Virus record (IMG/VR): IMGVR_UViG_3300032516_000009
Location: 32,001-96,000 of that record
DNA: 64,000 nucleotides
Strand: one strand, 5' to 3'
Origin: a virus
Shown here: positions 47,723 through 54,859 of the stretch, in pieces
How the letters are laid out: every line of letters begins with the position of its first letter
How positions within the stretch are numbered: position 1 is the first letter of the stretch
Notes under the pieces: model-generated
Databases searched by the model: none
Seen by the model: the letters and a program-made list of their open reading frames with translations, nothing else
Told to the model about the DNA's origin: nothing
Position numbers and translations under genes: made by a program

Positions 47723-48154
47723 ATGAAACCGAGTCAAGTTGTATTAAAATTACGTCGGATTGCCGCCGCTATTGAGAATTCGAAAAAACCAGATAAATTA
47801 CTGGTGGCAAAAGACTTAAAGAAGTTAATGGCCGCTATAAACCCACCCGATCTACCCTCATGGGATGAAGTAGAAAATTCCCTTTCCAATGCGTTCGATA
47901 ATCTGGATTGGGAAGCCGTAGCTCAGCAAGAGAAGGGTTCACTCCTTTTAACTAGTGAACCAGCCTACACTATCTATAAAACACATAGTGTAGCTATCCA
48001 AGCCCATAATATTGGCGGAAAGTATTCTGTATCGGTATCTGAACCGGGTGATTTCGAGCAGGTATATTCAGCAACACCTGATACATTCAATGCAGATGCC
48101 GCTGCTAAAGAAGTCGTCGAAGTTCTTCGTAATATTCTTGAATCTGGAGAATAG
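47723..48154 (+). CDS. hypothetical protein with MKPSQ..LRRIA N-terminal module
   Basis: Shared N-terminus. Confidence 0.7.
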   Translation: MKPSQVVLKLRRIAAAIENSKKPDKLLVAKDLKKLMAAINPPDLPSWDEVENSLSNAFDNLDWEAVAQQEKGSLLLTSEPAYTIYKTHSVAIQAHNIGGKYSVSVSEPGDFEQVYSATPDTFNADAAAKEVVEVLRNILESGE

Positions 48155-48169
48155 GTTTTTATATCACAG

Positions 48170-48242
48170 CGCTCCCGGCGGGAATCGAACCCGCGCCTCC
48201 AGATTGAGGGTCTGGCCACCTAACCGCTAGTAAGACGGGAGC
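48170..48242 (-). tRNA. tRNA-Glu(CTC), C33
   Basis: Loop CCCTCAA. Confidence 0.88.
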
Positions 48243-48325
48243 AAGCGCCTCACTTTCTAATCAAGGTGGTTCACTTTCAGCTGCTCGCGAGACAGCACCC
48301 ATTCCTCAAATAGAAAGCAAGGCGG

Positions 48326-48398
48326 TCGGACTGGCCGGTCACGATCCGGCGACCTCGACGTCCCCGACGTCGCGCTCTTCCAACTGAGCTACAGCCCG
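48326..48398 (-). tRNA. tRNA-Pro(GGG), C33
   Basis: Loop TCGGGGA, C1:G72. Confidence 0.85.
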
Positions 48399-48458
48399 GA
48401 AATCTGTTTATTTGAACTGTTTATATTGTATTGTTAATATAACCGATTGGAGGTTCGA

Positions 48459-49166
48459 ATGACAGAATGGAAAAGAAATATGAAGAGGAATAGTAGAATC
48501 AGAGAATTGCGAAAGAAGGGCTACAGTATTCCGGAAATAGCCAGAAAACTTAATATCAGCAAATCAACTACATCGTTACATTGTAAGAATGTCACAATAG
48601 AAAATCCGGAAAGAATGAAGAAGAGAATTAAAGAGAACGGAATGAATGGTTGTAAAGCAGCAAAGAAAAAATGGGATGATAAGAAGACAGAGATCAAAAA
48701 ATTAGCGGAGAAAGAATGGACACTGATTAGAAAAGACCCCGAGATGATGGGGTTTCTCGGATTGTATTGGGGAGAAGGTAGTAAACGCAATGGAAAAGTA
48801 GAAATAGTCAATAATGATTATGGAGTAATATTAGCTGCGATTAAAATATTTGAGCGGCTATGTCCAGATAAGAATTTCGAAATTACTGTGAAGTACTATC
48901 CCGAACAAAAACCTGAACAATGCAGGAAATTTTGGGAGAAAATTCTCAGAAAGCCAATAAGACTACGAGAAAAGAAATGGTTAGGGAAAACTAGAAGAAT
49001 TTATTCAATTAATGGATTATGTACTGTCAGATTCAGTGATTGGTCAACGTATACAAGAATCGTGACCTGGCTAAATTTATGGAAAAAAGAATTATTAAAT
49101 GAGTCGGGCAGGGCGGATTCGAACCGCCGATCTCGAGTACCCAAAACTCGCGCCTTACCAAACTAG
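48459..49166 (+). CDS. HTH plus LAGLIDADG-like protein
   Basis: GYSIPEIARKLNISKST; FLGLYWGEGSK; 3' end overlaps tRNA-Pro antisense. Confidence 0.65.
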   Translation: MTEWKRNMKRNSRIRELRKKGYSIPEIARKLNISKSTTSLHCKNVTIENPERMKKRIKENGMNGCKAAKKKWDDKKTEIKKLAEKEWTLIRKDPEMMGFLGLYWGEGSKRNGKVEIVNNDYGVILAAIKIFERLCPDKNFEITVKYYPEQKPEQCRKFWEKILRKPIRLREKKWLGKTRRIYSINGLCTVRFSDWSTYTRIVTWLNLWKKELLNESGRADSNRRSRVPKTRALPN

Positions 49167-49177
49167 GCCACTGCCCG
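49104..49177 (-). tRNA. tRNA-Pro(TGG)
   Basis: Loop TTTGGGT. Confidence 0.9.
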
Positions 49178-49184
49178 GAAAATT

Positions 49185-49502
49185 TTACGTTACCATTATT
49201 TCTTCGATAGAAGCTAATCGATAAGCGTCACAATCCTTAGCAAAAATTGCGTGAATACCAACCTCTTCGGTTCCCCCATACCTACGTCTAACTTCTTTCG
49301 TACGGCTTTCACTATCATGTATGCTGTTAATCTTATTCGCTAATTCTGTAAATGCTAAAATCAATTGTAGTCTCTTTTGAAATTCAGACATTCCGTCCCA
49401 GTAAAAAACTTCTCCACCACACCTGGTGCATTTATACCAATCACCAGGATCATTTTGATGATTTATTCCACGACGATCAAACATCCAATTATGAGGTCTC
49501 AT
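49185..49502 (-). CDS. small Zn-ribbon protein
   Basis: HNW...YKCTRCG...DCD...IEEIMVT. Confidence 0.55.
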   Translation of the reverse strand: MRPHNWMFDRRGINHQNDPGDWYKCTRCGGEVFYWDGMSEFQKRLQLILAFTELANKINSIHDSESRTKEVRRRYGGTEEVGIHAIFAKDCDAYRLASIEEIMVT

Positions 49503-49503
49503 A

Positions 49504-49839
49504 TTATCGCTCGATAAAATTTGCTAATTCGGGTTTTGGTTCATCTGTATCCGTACATTTTATGCTAATAGCATCGCATTCACGACATTTAAAATGTCTG
49601 TGAACACCCGACAACGGACATCGTTTACGCCAGAACCAAAAACCTTTTACTATAACACGTTTGGTTGGGTAACAAGCTTTACCTTCGCTAGTATCACCAA
49701 CCCAGTTCGTAAACCGTTTACCGCACACTGGGCAATAAGACGCGGAATATCCGTCTTTTTTGACAACATAATATGTGAAAATATTAGCTAAAGGTTTCTC
49801 GTATTCGACAATAGCTTGTGTGCGATAGGGCACTGCCAT
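49504..49839 (-). CDS. small Zn-binding protein
   Basis: CPVC, HRHFKCREC. Confidence 0.55.
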   Translation of the reverse strand: MAVPYRTQAIVEYEKPLANIFTYYVVKKDGYSASYCPVCGKRFTNWVGDTSEGKACYPTKRVIVKGFWFWRKRCPLSGVHRHFKCRECDAISIKCTDTDEPKPELANFIER

Positions 49840-49857
49840 GTTTCACATTACAATCAG

Positions 49858-50473
49858 TGCCCCTGGCGGGATTCGAACCCGCGAAATTCAGACACCTAAT
49901 TGGATCGAATTCCATACGCAGTATGTTTCCGGTGACAATTTGAACAAATCAATTCACATTTAGAAAGTTCCTTTACAATATTATCCCAACTCTGACGCAT
50001 TAAATTAGTCCAGTCCATTTCCTTTTCTTTTATATGGTGGAAATCATAAATGCATGGGTCATCTACAATATTACAACAGACGCATTTTCCGCCTAGAAAT
50101 GCAACTGCTTTTGCTTTAACTTTTTTCCATCGATTTGCTTGATATTCATCCTGGCAAACTCTACAATACGCACATAAATATGTTCGTTTTGAATTGTAGA
50201 ATCTGAATTCCGTAGCAGGTTTAGTATCTTTACATTTGGCACAATGTTTTGGTTTCATCCCTTCATAATATGGCGCTAATTTAGCCCGAGCCAGACGGAC
50301 TTTATTATTCTGAGCACAAACTCCACCACAAAATTTTCCTCTTGCCGATCTATTACGTTTACGAAGTACTTTTAAATCAAATTCTTGTTTGCATTCGATA
50401 CATATCATACACTACTTTAGTCATAGAAAGACTAAAGATGTCTCAGGTGCTCGAACCTCCGAGCGTCGTGGGC
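49858..50473 (-). pseudogene. tRNA-like gene split by an HNH ORF
   Basis: 5' piece 50473-50437 (GCCC, D arm GCTCG/CGAGC); 3' piece 49896-49858 (T arm GCGGG-TTCGAAT-CCCGC, CAGGGGCA). Confidence 0.55.
49896..50408 (-). CDS. HNH homing endonuclease
   Basis: LGGKCVCC...YDFHH...KCELICSNCHRKH. Confidence 0.88.
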   Translation of the reverse strand: MICIECKQEFDLKVLRKRNRSARGKFCGGVCAQNNKVRLARAKLAPYYEGMKPKHCAKCKDTKPATEFRFYNSKRTYLCAYCRVCQDEYQANRWKKVKAKAVAFLGGKCVCCNIVDDPCIYDFHHIKEKEMDWTNLMRQSWDNIVKELSKCELICSNCHRKHTAYGIRSN

Positions 50474-50479
50474 AAAAAA

Positions 50480-50821
50480 TCACGGCATTTCAGCAGAAAT
50501 TGTAACGATGCCGTCCGTAGCTTCAAAATACACGTTCGTCTCTAGATCTTCGACAAACTTAGCATCGGTATCAAGATTAAATACAACATTATTGTTATCG
50601 ACAATTTGTTCTATCTGATATTCACCAGTCGAATAGCCTTTGCTCTCTATAATAACTTTGGCCACCTTTATTGCGTCATCAGCACTCATAGTAGAAGGGT
50701 GCTCGACTCCCATGAAAATAACATTTTCACCAGTTTCGAACCCGAGATCCTCGTCTTCATCAATTGCATGGGCTGCAACACGCATGGCTATCTTGACGAG
50801 ATCCATACTAATTGTTTCCAT
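50480..50821 (-). CDS. acidic hypothetical protein with KIAMRVAA leader
   Basis: Start trimmed to lie below the tRNA genes. Confidence 0.55.
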   Translation of the reverse strand: METISMDLVKIAMRVAAHAIDEDEDLGFETGENVIFMGVEHPSTMSADDAIKVAKVIIESKGYSTGEYQIEQIVDNNNVVFNLDTDAKFVEDLETNVYFEATDGIVTISAEMP

Positions 50822-50835
50822 AACAGACTTATAGG

Positions 50836-50904
50836 TCGGACTGGCCGGACTCGAACTGGCGACTGGTCCCGAACCACGCGCGCTACCAACTGCGCTACAG
50901 CCCG
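50836..50904 (-). tRNA. tRNA-Pro(CGG) with about 4 nt deleted at the anticodon stem/variable loop (possible pseudogene)
   Basis: CGTGG-TTCGGGA-CCA then directly GTC and the T arm; 69 nt. Confidence 0.65.
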
Positions 50905-50949
50905 TGAATCGCGGAACATTCCGCGATAAACAGCTTTGACTGACGTCGG

Positions 50950-51022
50950 TGCCCCAGGCCGGATTTGAACCGGCGACGCCTACCTCTTCAGGGTAGCGCT
51001 CTACCAACTGAGCTACCGGGGC
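50950..51022 (-). tRNA. tRNA-Phe(GAA)
   Basis: Loop CTGAAGA. Confidence 0.92.
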
Positions 51023-51071
51023 ATATTCGAACTAAATTCGAATATTAGACTTGTTGTAAAATTGGTTCGAT

Positions 51072-51803
51072 ATGGGGTATCGAACTTGGACAGATAAAGA
51101 TCTAGAGTTAGCGGTTAAATCAAGTAAGACCAAATCAGATGTTATTCGTAAACTTGGACTAAAATCCAATAGTTCTGGTAATTTTCAGGTTATCGACATC
51201 CATATTAAACGACTCGGGTTGGATATAGCACATTTTCACGAAGTCGTATTAGGAAAACCTAGCAAACCGAAACAGATTGAGGATTTATTAATTAAAAACA
51301 GTACTTATACAAATACTGGAAAACTCAAGTCTAGATTAATTAGAGCTGGTCTTCTTAGAGAAGAGTGTTATGAATGTAAAACAACCACATGGATGGGTAA
51401 AAAGTTATCTCTACAACTTGATCACATAGACGGTGATCGAAGTAATAATGAATTAAACAATCTTAGACTGTTATGCCCAAACTGTCACTCTCTAACATCA
51501 ACTTATTCCCGTTCCCGTACTAAAATGCAGAATAAACTATCAGAAAATAAGTGTAAATGCGGAGCATTTATTTGTCGGCGTTCCAGCATGTGTATTACTT
51601 GTGATGCTATTTCTAGGAGAGGTAAAAATTTAAAAATTAAATGGCCAAACATGAAAACATTACTAAATATGGTGGAAGAAGCCGGATATGTTCAAACTGG
51701 TGTTAAATTAGGCGTTTCGGATAGAGCCGTAAAAAAACATATTCTCAGAAATAACAAGAACTGCGCACCGAATGGCAGTAGAAAATTGACAGTACCCGAG
51801 TAA
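51072..51803 (+). CDS. HNH homing endonuclease with C-terminal HTH
   Basis: LQLDHIDGDRSNNELNNLRLLCPNCH. Confidence 0.9.
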   Translation: MGYRTWTDKDLELAVKSSKTKSDVIRKLGLKSNSSGNFQVIDIHIKRLGLDIAHFHEVVLGKPSKPKQIEDLLIKNSTYTNTGKLKSRLIRAGLLREECYECKTTTWMGKKLSLQLDHIDGDRSNNELNNLRLLCPNCHSLTSTYSRSRTKMQNKLSENKCKCGAFICRRSSMCITCDAISRRGKNLKIKWPNMKTLLNMVEEAGYVQTGVKLGVSDRAVKKHILRNNKNCAPNGSRKLTVPE

Positions 51804-51945
51804 TGAAGCTGGATCTTTGACAGATTGAATATCTGTTGCCTTACCATTAGGCTATTCCCCCATTGTAGAGTCAGATGACTCGGCGGGGAAAGGGGACTCG
51901 AACCCCCATAGCTTTTGCTTGTGAGCTTCACGTAGTGGGTACTGC
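51789..51945 (-). ncRNA. Y-RNA-like RNA F with a circularly permuted tRNA domain
   Basis: GCAGTACCC ACTAC GTGAAGCT CACAAGC, T arm, acceptor 3' strand, linker hairpin, acceptor 5' strand, D arm, anticodon arm, AGCTTCAT TACTC GGGTACTGT. Confidence 0.82.
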
Positions 51946-51947
51946 GG

Positions 51948-52021
51948 TGCTCCCACCGGGGTACGATCCCGGACCTCCAGCTTGAAGGGCTGGCCACCTA
52001 TCCGTTTAGTTAGATGGGAGC
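51948..52021 (-). tRNA. tRNA-Glu(TTC), C33
   Basis: Loop CCTTCAA. Confidence 0.85.
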
Positions 52022-52339
52022 AAGTTCGTTCCTACGGAACTCGTTACCGTCAATGATACGAACGAATGTTCGTTGAAAATCTTGTTTATTCCATACTATG
52101 ATATCTCCACCACAGCGAACATCAATCAAATTGTCACTAAATTTATCTCCCAAATCGGTTATATCGACTTTAACGCCAACTCTTAAAAACTTAAGAAATC
52201 GAGGATCCTTTTTCGCATCATTGCATTCAGATTGCGTCGGTGGTCGGATACGTACGTAATCGCCTAATTTAATAGAACCTTGCATGAAGGAGTTAATGAC
52301 TTCTTCACCATATCTTGACAGTCTGTCCCAATTTTTCAT
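52010..52339 (-). CDS. hypothetical protein
   Basis: 109-aa ORF. Confidence 0.5.
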   Translation of the reverse strand: MKNWDRLSRYGEEVINSFMQGSIKLGDYVRIRPPTQSECNDAKKDPRFLKFLRVGVKVDITDLGDKFSDNLIDVRCGGDIIVWNKQDFQRTFVRIIDGNEFRRNELAPI

Positions 52340-52380
52340 GAATTACTATACACGTAGAGCTTTGTTTGTACGGTCTAAGT

Positions 52381-52878
52381 ATGTCAGATCAAATTAAGTC
52401 ATGGGGACAATTGCTCAAAGAATGGATGGTAAATTTCTTTGGTGCGCTTTCTAAGAAGCCTAATATCATGCTACTTTACTTGCTTGTAATCGGAGGTTGG
52501 GTGTCAGGTATAAAAACCTGTAACAAGGTCGATGTTGCCTCCGGAAAAGCTGCTGGGGCAGCTCAAGTAGCAGATGAAGCTAAAAAGACAGCAGAGAACA
52601 AGGATTTAGAACAGGCATCTTATGAAGCTTTGGCTAAAACAATTGAAGATTTGCAGACGGAAAATGACGCGGTAAAAGAGCGGTTAGCGTTATTATTAGG
52701 ACATGTCCAGAATATCGCAGCTCAACCGCCAGCAGTTGTTAGAGTGTTTACTCCAACAGGACCCGTGTCAGCTGCGCCACCTATTAAGCCACCGTTAGTT
52801 CCATCTTCAATAATAGATGAACCGGCTCCGCCCCCACCTCCTGCATGGGAGACACTCAAATCTCAGATGAAGAAGTAG
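52381..52878 (+). CDS. membrane-anchored coiled-coil Pro-rich protein (spanin-like architecture)
   Basis: One TM segment, coiled coil, poly-Pro. Confidence 0.5.
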   Translation: MSDQIKSWGQLLKEWMVNFFGALSKKPNIMLLYLLVIGGWVSGIKTCNKVDVASGKAAGAAQVADEAKKTAENKDLEQASYEALAKTIEDLQTENDAVKERLALLLGHVQNIAAQPPAVVRVFTPTGPVSAAPPIKPPLVPSSIIDEPAPPPPPAWETLKSQMKK

Positions 52879-52929
52879 AGCCCGCTGCGACTTACGAAAT
52901 CACTGCTCTACCTGCTGAGCTATGTGGGC
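52879..52929 (-). pseudogene. T-armless tRNA-Thr(CGT)-like sequence (51 nt)
   Basis: D and anticodon arms nearly identical to the tRNA-Thr at 28645, joined directly to GCGGGCT. Confidence 0.65.
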
Positions 52930-52933
52930 AAAA

Positions 52934-53104
52934 GCTGAGTATCCGAGGAGAAGGACGTTGTCTTTACTCAAGACGGATTGAAAGATCCGTTGCCTATTCC
53001 ATTCGGCCACTCCGGCAGATTTAGAGTCTAAAGACTCGGAGCCGGAGGCAGGAGTCGAACCTGCATTTTGTGCGTGTTTGTCCATCGAATCGGATACCGA
53101 TAGC
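52934..53104 (-). ncRNA. Y-RNA-like RNA E with a circularly permuted tRNA domain
   Basis: GTATCC GATTC GATGGAC AAACACGC, T arm, CTCCGGC, linker, GCCGGAG, D, anticodon and variable arms, GTCCTTC TCCTC GGATAC. Confidence 0.82.
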
Positions 53105-53127
53105 GCCAGAGGTTGGGTTCGCACCAA

Positions 53128-53790
53128 CTAAGTGTCTCCTATATGAGACTCACTAGCTTTCTTGGCCCAGTAACCTGGACCGGGAGTTGGAATACCTCGT
53201 TTATCACAGTGTTTTTTAACGGCCTTATCAGAAACGCCAAGTTGTTTAGATATCGTAGTCATTGGTTTTTTCCAGACCAGAAGTCGTAACTTGGCGTTTA
53301 TTGGCCATATTGTTCTAATTTTTCTACCTTTCTCTTGTACTATTAATCTATGCGCTTGATGCATATTTTGACATATTTTATTACAAAAGTGTAATGCATA
53401 TTTCATTTGTGATGGTATTTTATATATTTCTTTATTACAGTATGCACATAAAACCAAGCTACCTTTGGGCTTCTTAAATTCTGAAAGTTTGCGCTGATAC
53501 TCTTTAATTCTCGACAAATTCAACTCATAGTGCATTTCCTTATGGCAGTTAGAACATAATAAATCACATTTATCCAATTCTTTTACAACCCTTTCCCACT
53601 TAATGGATCTACCATTTGATATTCTAAAATCTTTCTGTGAAGGATCTCTATGGTGGAATTCCATCGCCGCCATACACTTAAAATATCCGCATTTAATACA
53701 TTTACCGCCCAAGTAATCAACAGCTTTGATTTTCATTTGACGTCGAAATTCAGCCACTGCCATTCGAAAATATTCTCTTCTGGTTCCCAT
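53128..53790 (-). CDS. HNH homing endonuclease with C-terminal HTH
   Basis: LGGKCIKCGY...MEFHHRDP...KCDLLCSNCHKEMH; GVSDKAV...PGPGYW. Confidence 0.9.
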   Translation of the reverse strand: MGTRREYFRMAVAEFRRQMKIKAVDYLGGKCIKCGYFKCMAAMEFHHRDPSQKDFRISNGRSIKWERVVKELDKCDLLCSNCHKEMHYELNLSRIKEYQRKLSEFKKPKGSLVLCAYCNKEIYKIPSQMKYALHFCNKICQNMHQAHRLIVQEKGRKIRTIWPINAKLRLLVWKKPMTTISKQLGVSDKAVKKHCDKRGIPTPGPGYWAKKASESHIGDT

Positions 53791-53813
53791 CCTTAACTTT
53801 ACCAAAGAGGAAA

Positions 53814-53889
53814 TGGCGACCGCGGCAGGGTATGATCCTGCGACCATTCGCTTAACAGGCGAACGCTCTACCAACTGAGCTACGCGGTC
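53814..53889 (-). tRNA. tRNA-Asn(GTT)
   Basis: Loop CTGTTAA, GCCA end. Confidence 0.88.
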
Positions 53890-53890
53890 G

Positions 53891-53964
53891 TGGTAGGGGA
53901 ACCGGGATTCGAACCCGGATTCTAGGCTTCAAAGGCCTATGTCCTGCCATTGGACGATTCCCCT
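53891..53964 (-). tRNA. tRNA-Gln(TTG)
   Basis: Loop CTTTGAA, CCA. Confidence 0.9.
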
Positions 53965-54088
53965 GTAAAAGGAGTCCTCCTCGGGTGAAGAGGACTCCCA
54001 GGAGAGGTACGATCACTCGCTTGCGCGGCGACCGCCCAAAGTCCTGTCAGGTTGTCAGAGAGCAAGGGGTTTTTGCAAAACCCCCGGT

Positions 54089-54163
54089 TGGCTGGGGAAG
54101 AAGGGGTCGAACCTTCAACTTCTAGTTCCAGAGACTAGCGTTCTGCCATTGAACTATTCCCCA
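54089..54163 (-). tRNA. tRNA-Gln(CTG)
   Basis: Loop CTCTGGA, GCCA. Confidence 0.9.
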
Positions 54164-54168
54164 ATTTC

Positions 54169-54244
54169 TGGTGGGCCAAGACGGGGTCGAACCGTCGACC
54201 TGTCGGTTAAGAGCCGACTGCTCTACCGATTGAGCTATTGACCC
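54169..54244 (-). tRNA. tRNA-Lys(CTT)
   Basis: Loop CTCTTAA, CCA. Confidence 0.92.
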
Positions 54245-54252
54245 GTTGCGAG

Positions 54253-54325
54253 TGGGACCGGTCGGATTTGAACCGACGACCCGCCGGTTAAAAGCCGGCA
54301 GCTCTACCAACTGAGCTACGATCCC
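54253..54325 (-). tRNA. tRNA-Lys(TTT)
   Basis: Loop CTTTTAA. Confidence 0.92.
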
Positions 54326-54497
54326 GCAGTAAGTCGTTGCTCTATTGGTTTTATCTTTGTCACGACGATCTCCTTTTCCCAACAACTGATGTAGAGAAAA
54401 TCTCCGTTTTTGTCCAAGTGAACATGAGAATTAGCGCTAGGGAATTGTGCGCTAAGTTTCTGTTCCAGTCGTTTTGCTTCTATCTTAGTCATTGTTT

Positions 54498-54583
54498 TGG
54501 TGGGGCGTGAGGGATTTGAACCCCCGTGGGACTATGCCATCTGGTTTACAGCCAGACCTCATCAACCGCTCGAGCAACGCCCC
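54498..54583 (-). tRNA. tRNA-Tyr(GTA)
   Basis: Type II, loop CTGTAAA, CCA. Confidence 0.9.
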
Positions 54584-54801
54584 ATGAATCAAGGGTGCGC
54601 GCACGCGCTGCGGTATAATATGTCCTGACTTTTCCCATTTGCCGAGTCTTTCTGTTGTGAAGTCTCTTACGAACCGCTTTCATTCCGCTGGTCAGCAGGC
54701 CCGAGCCTCGGCCCTGCGTTCTTGTCTCGCACGGAAGCATTTTGAACGCTGGAAAACTGTGTCTGTTGTGACTTCGTATCATCTTGAACTCCAATAACGC
54801 T

Positions 54802-54835
54802 GAGGGCCACCGGGAATCTCTTCCGGGCGGCCCTC
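54802..54835 (-). terminator. GC-rich terminator-like hairpin of a putative attenuator
   Basis: GAGGGCCGCCCGGAA-GAGA-TTCCCGGTGGCCCTC followed by AGCGTTATT (weak U tract). Confidence 0.6.
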
Positions 54836-54859
54836 TGTGTCGTTACCGACTAACTGACA

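Noticed and set aside
49896-50437. Group I or BHB tRNA intron
   Set aside because: The insert is almost entirely ORF, with no P3-P7 core and no bulge-helix-bulge
52973-52990. tRNA-Sec or opal suppressor (UUCA in the loop)
   Set aside because: TCA is not centred in a 7-nt loop, the gene is permuted, and there is no Sec-type acceptor/T-stem geometry
51789-53104. Two-piece tmRNA
   Set aside because: No G3:U70 alanine identity, full D and anticodon arms are present, and there is no tag reading frame or pseudoknots
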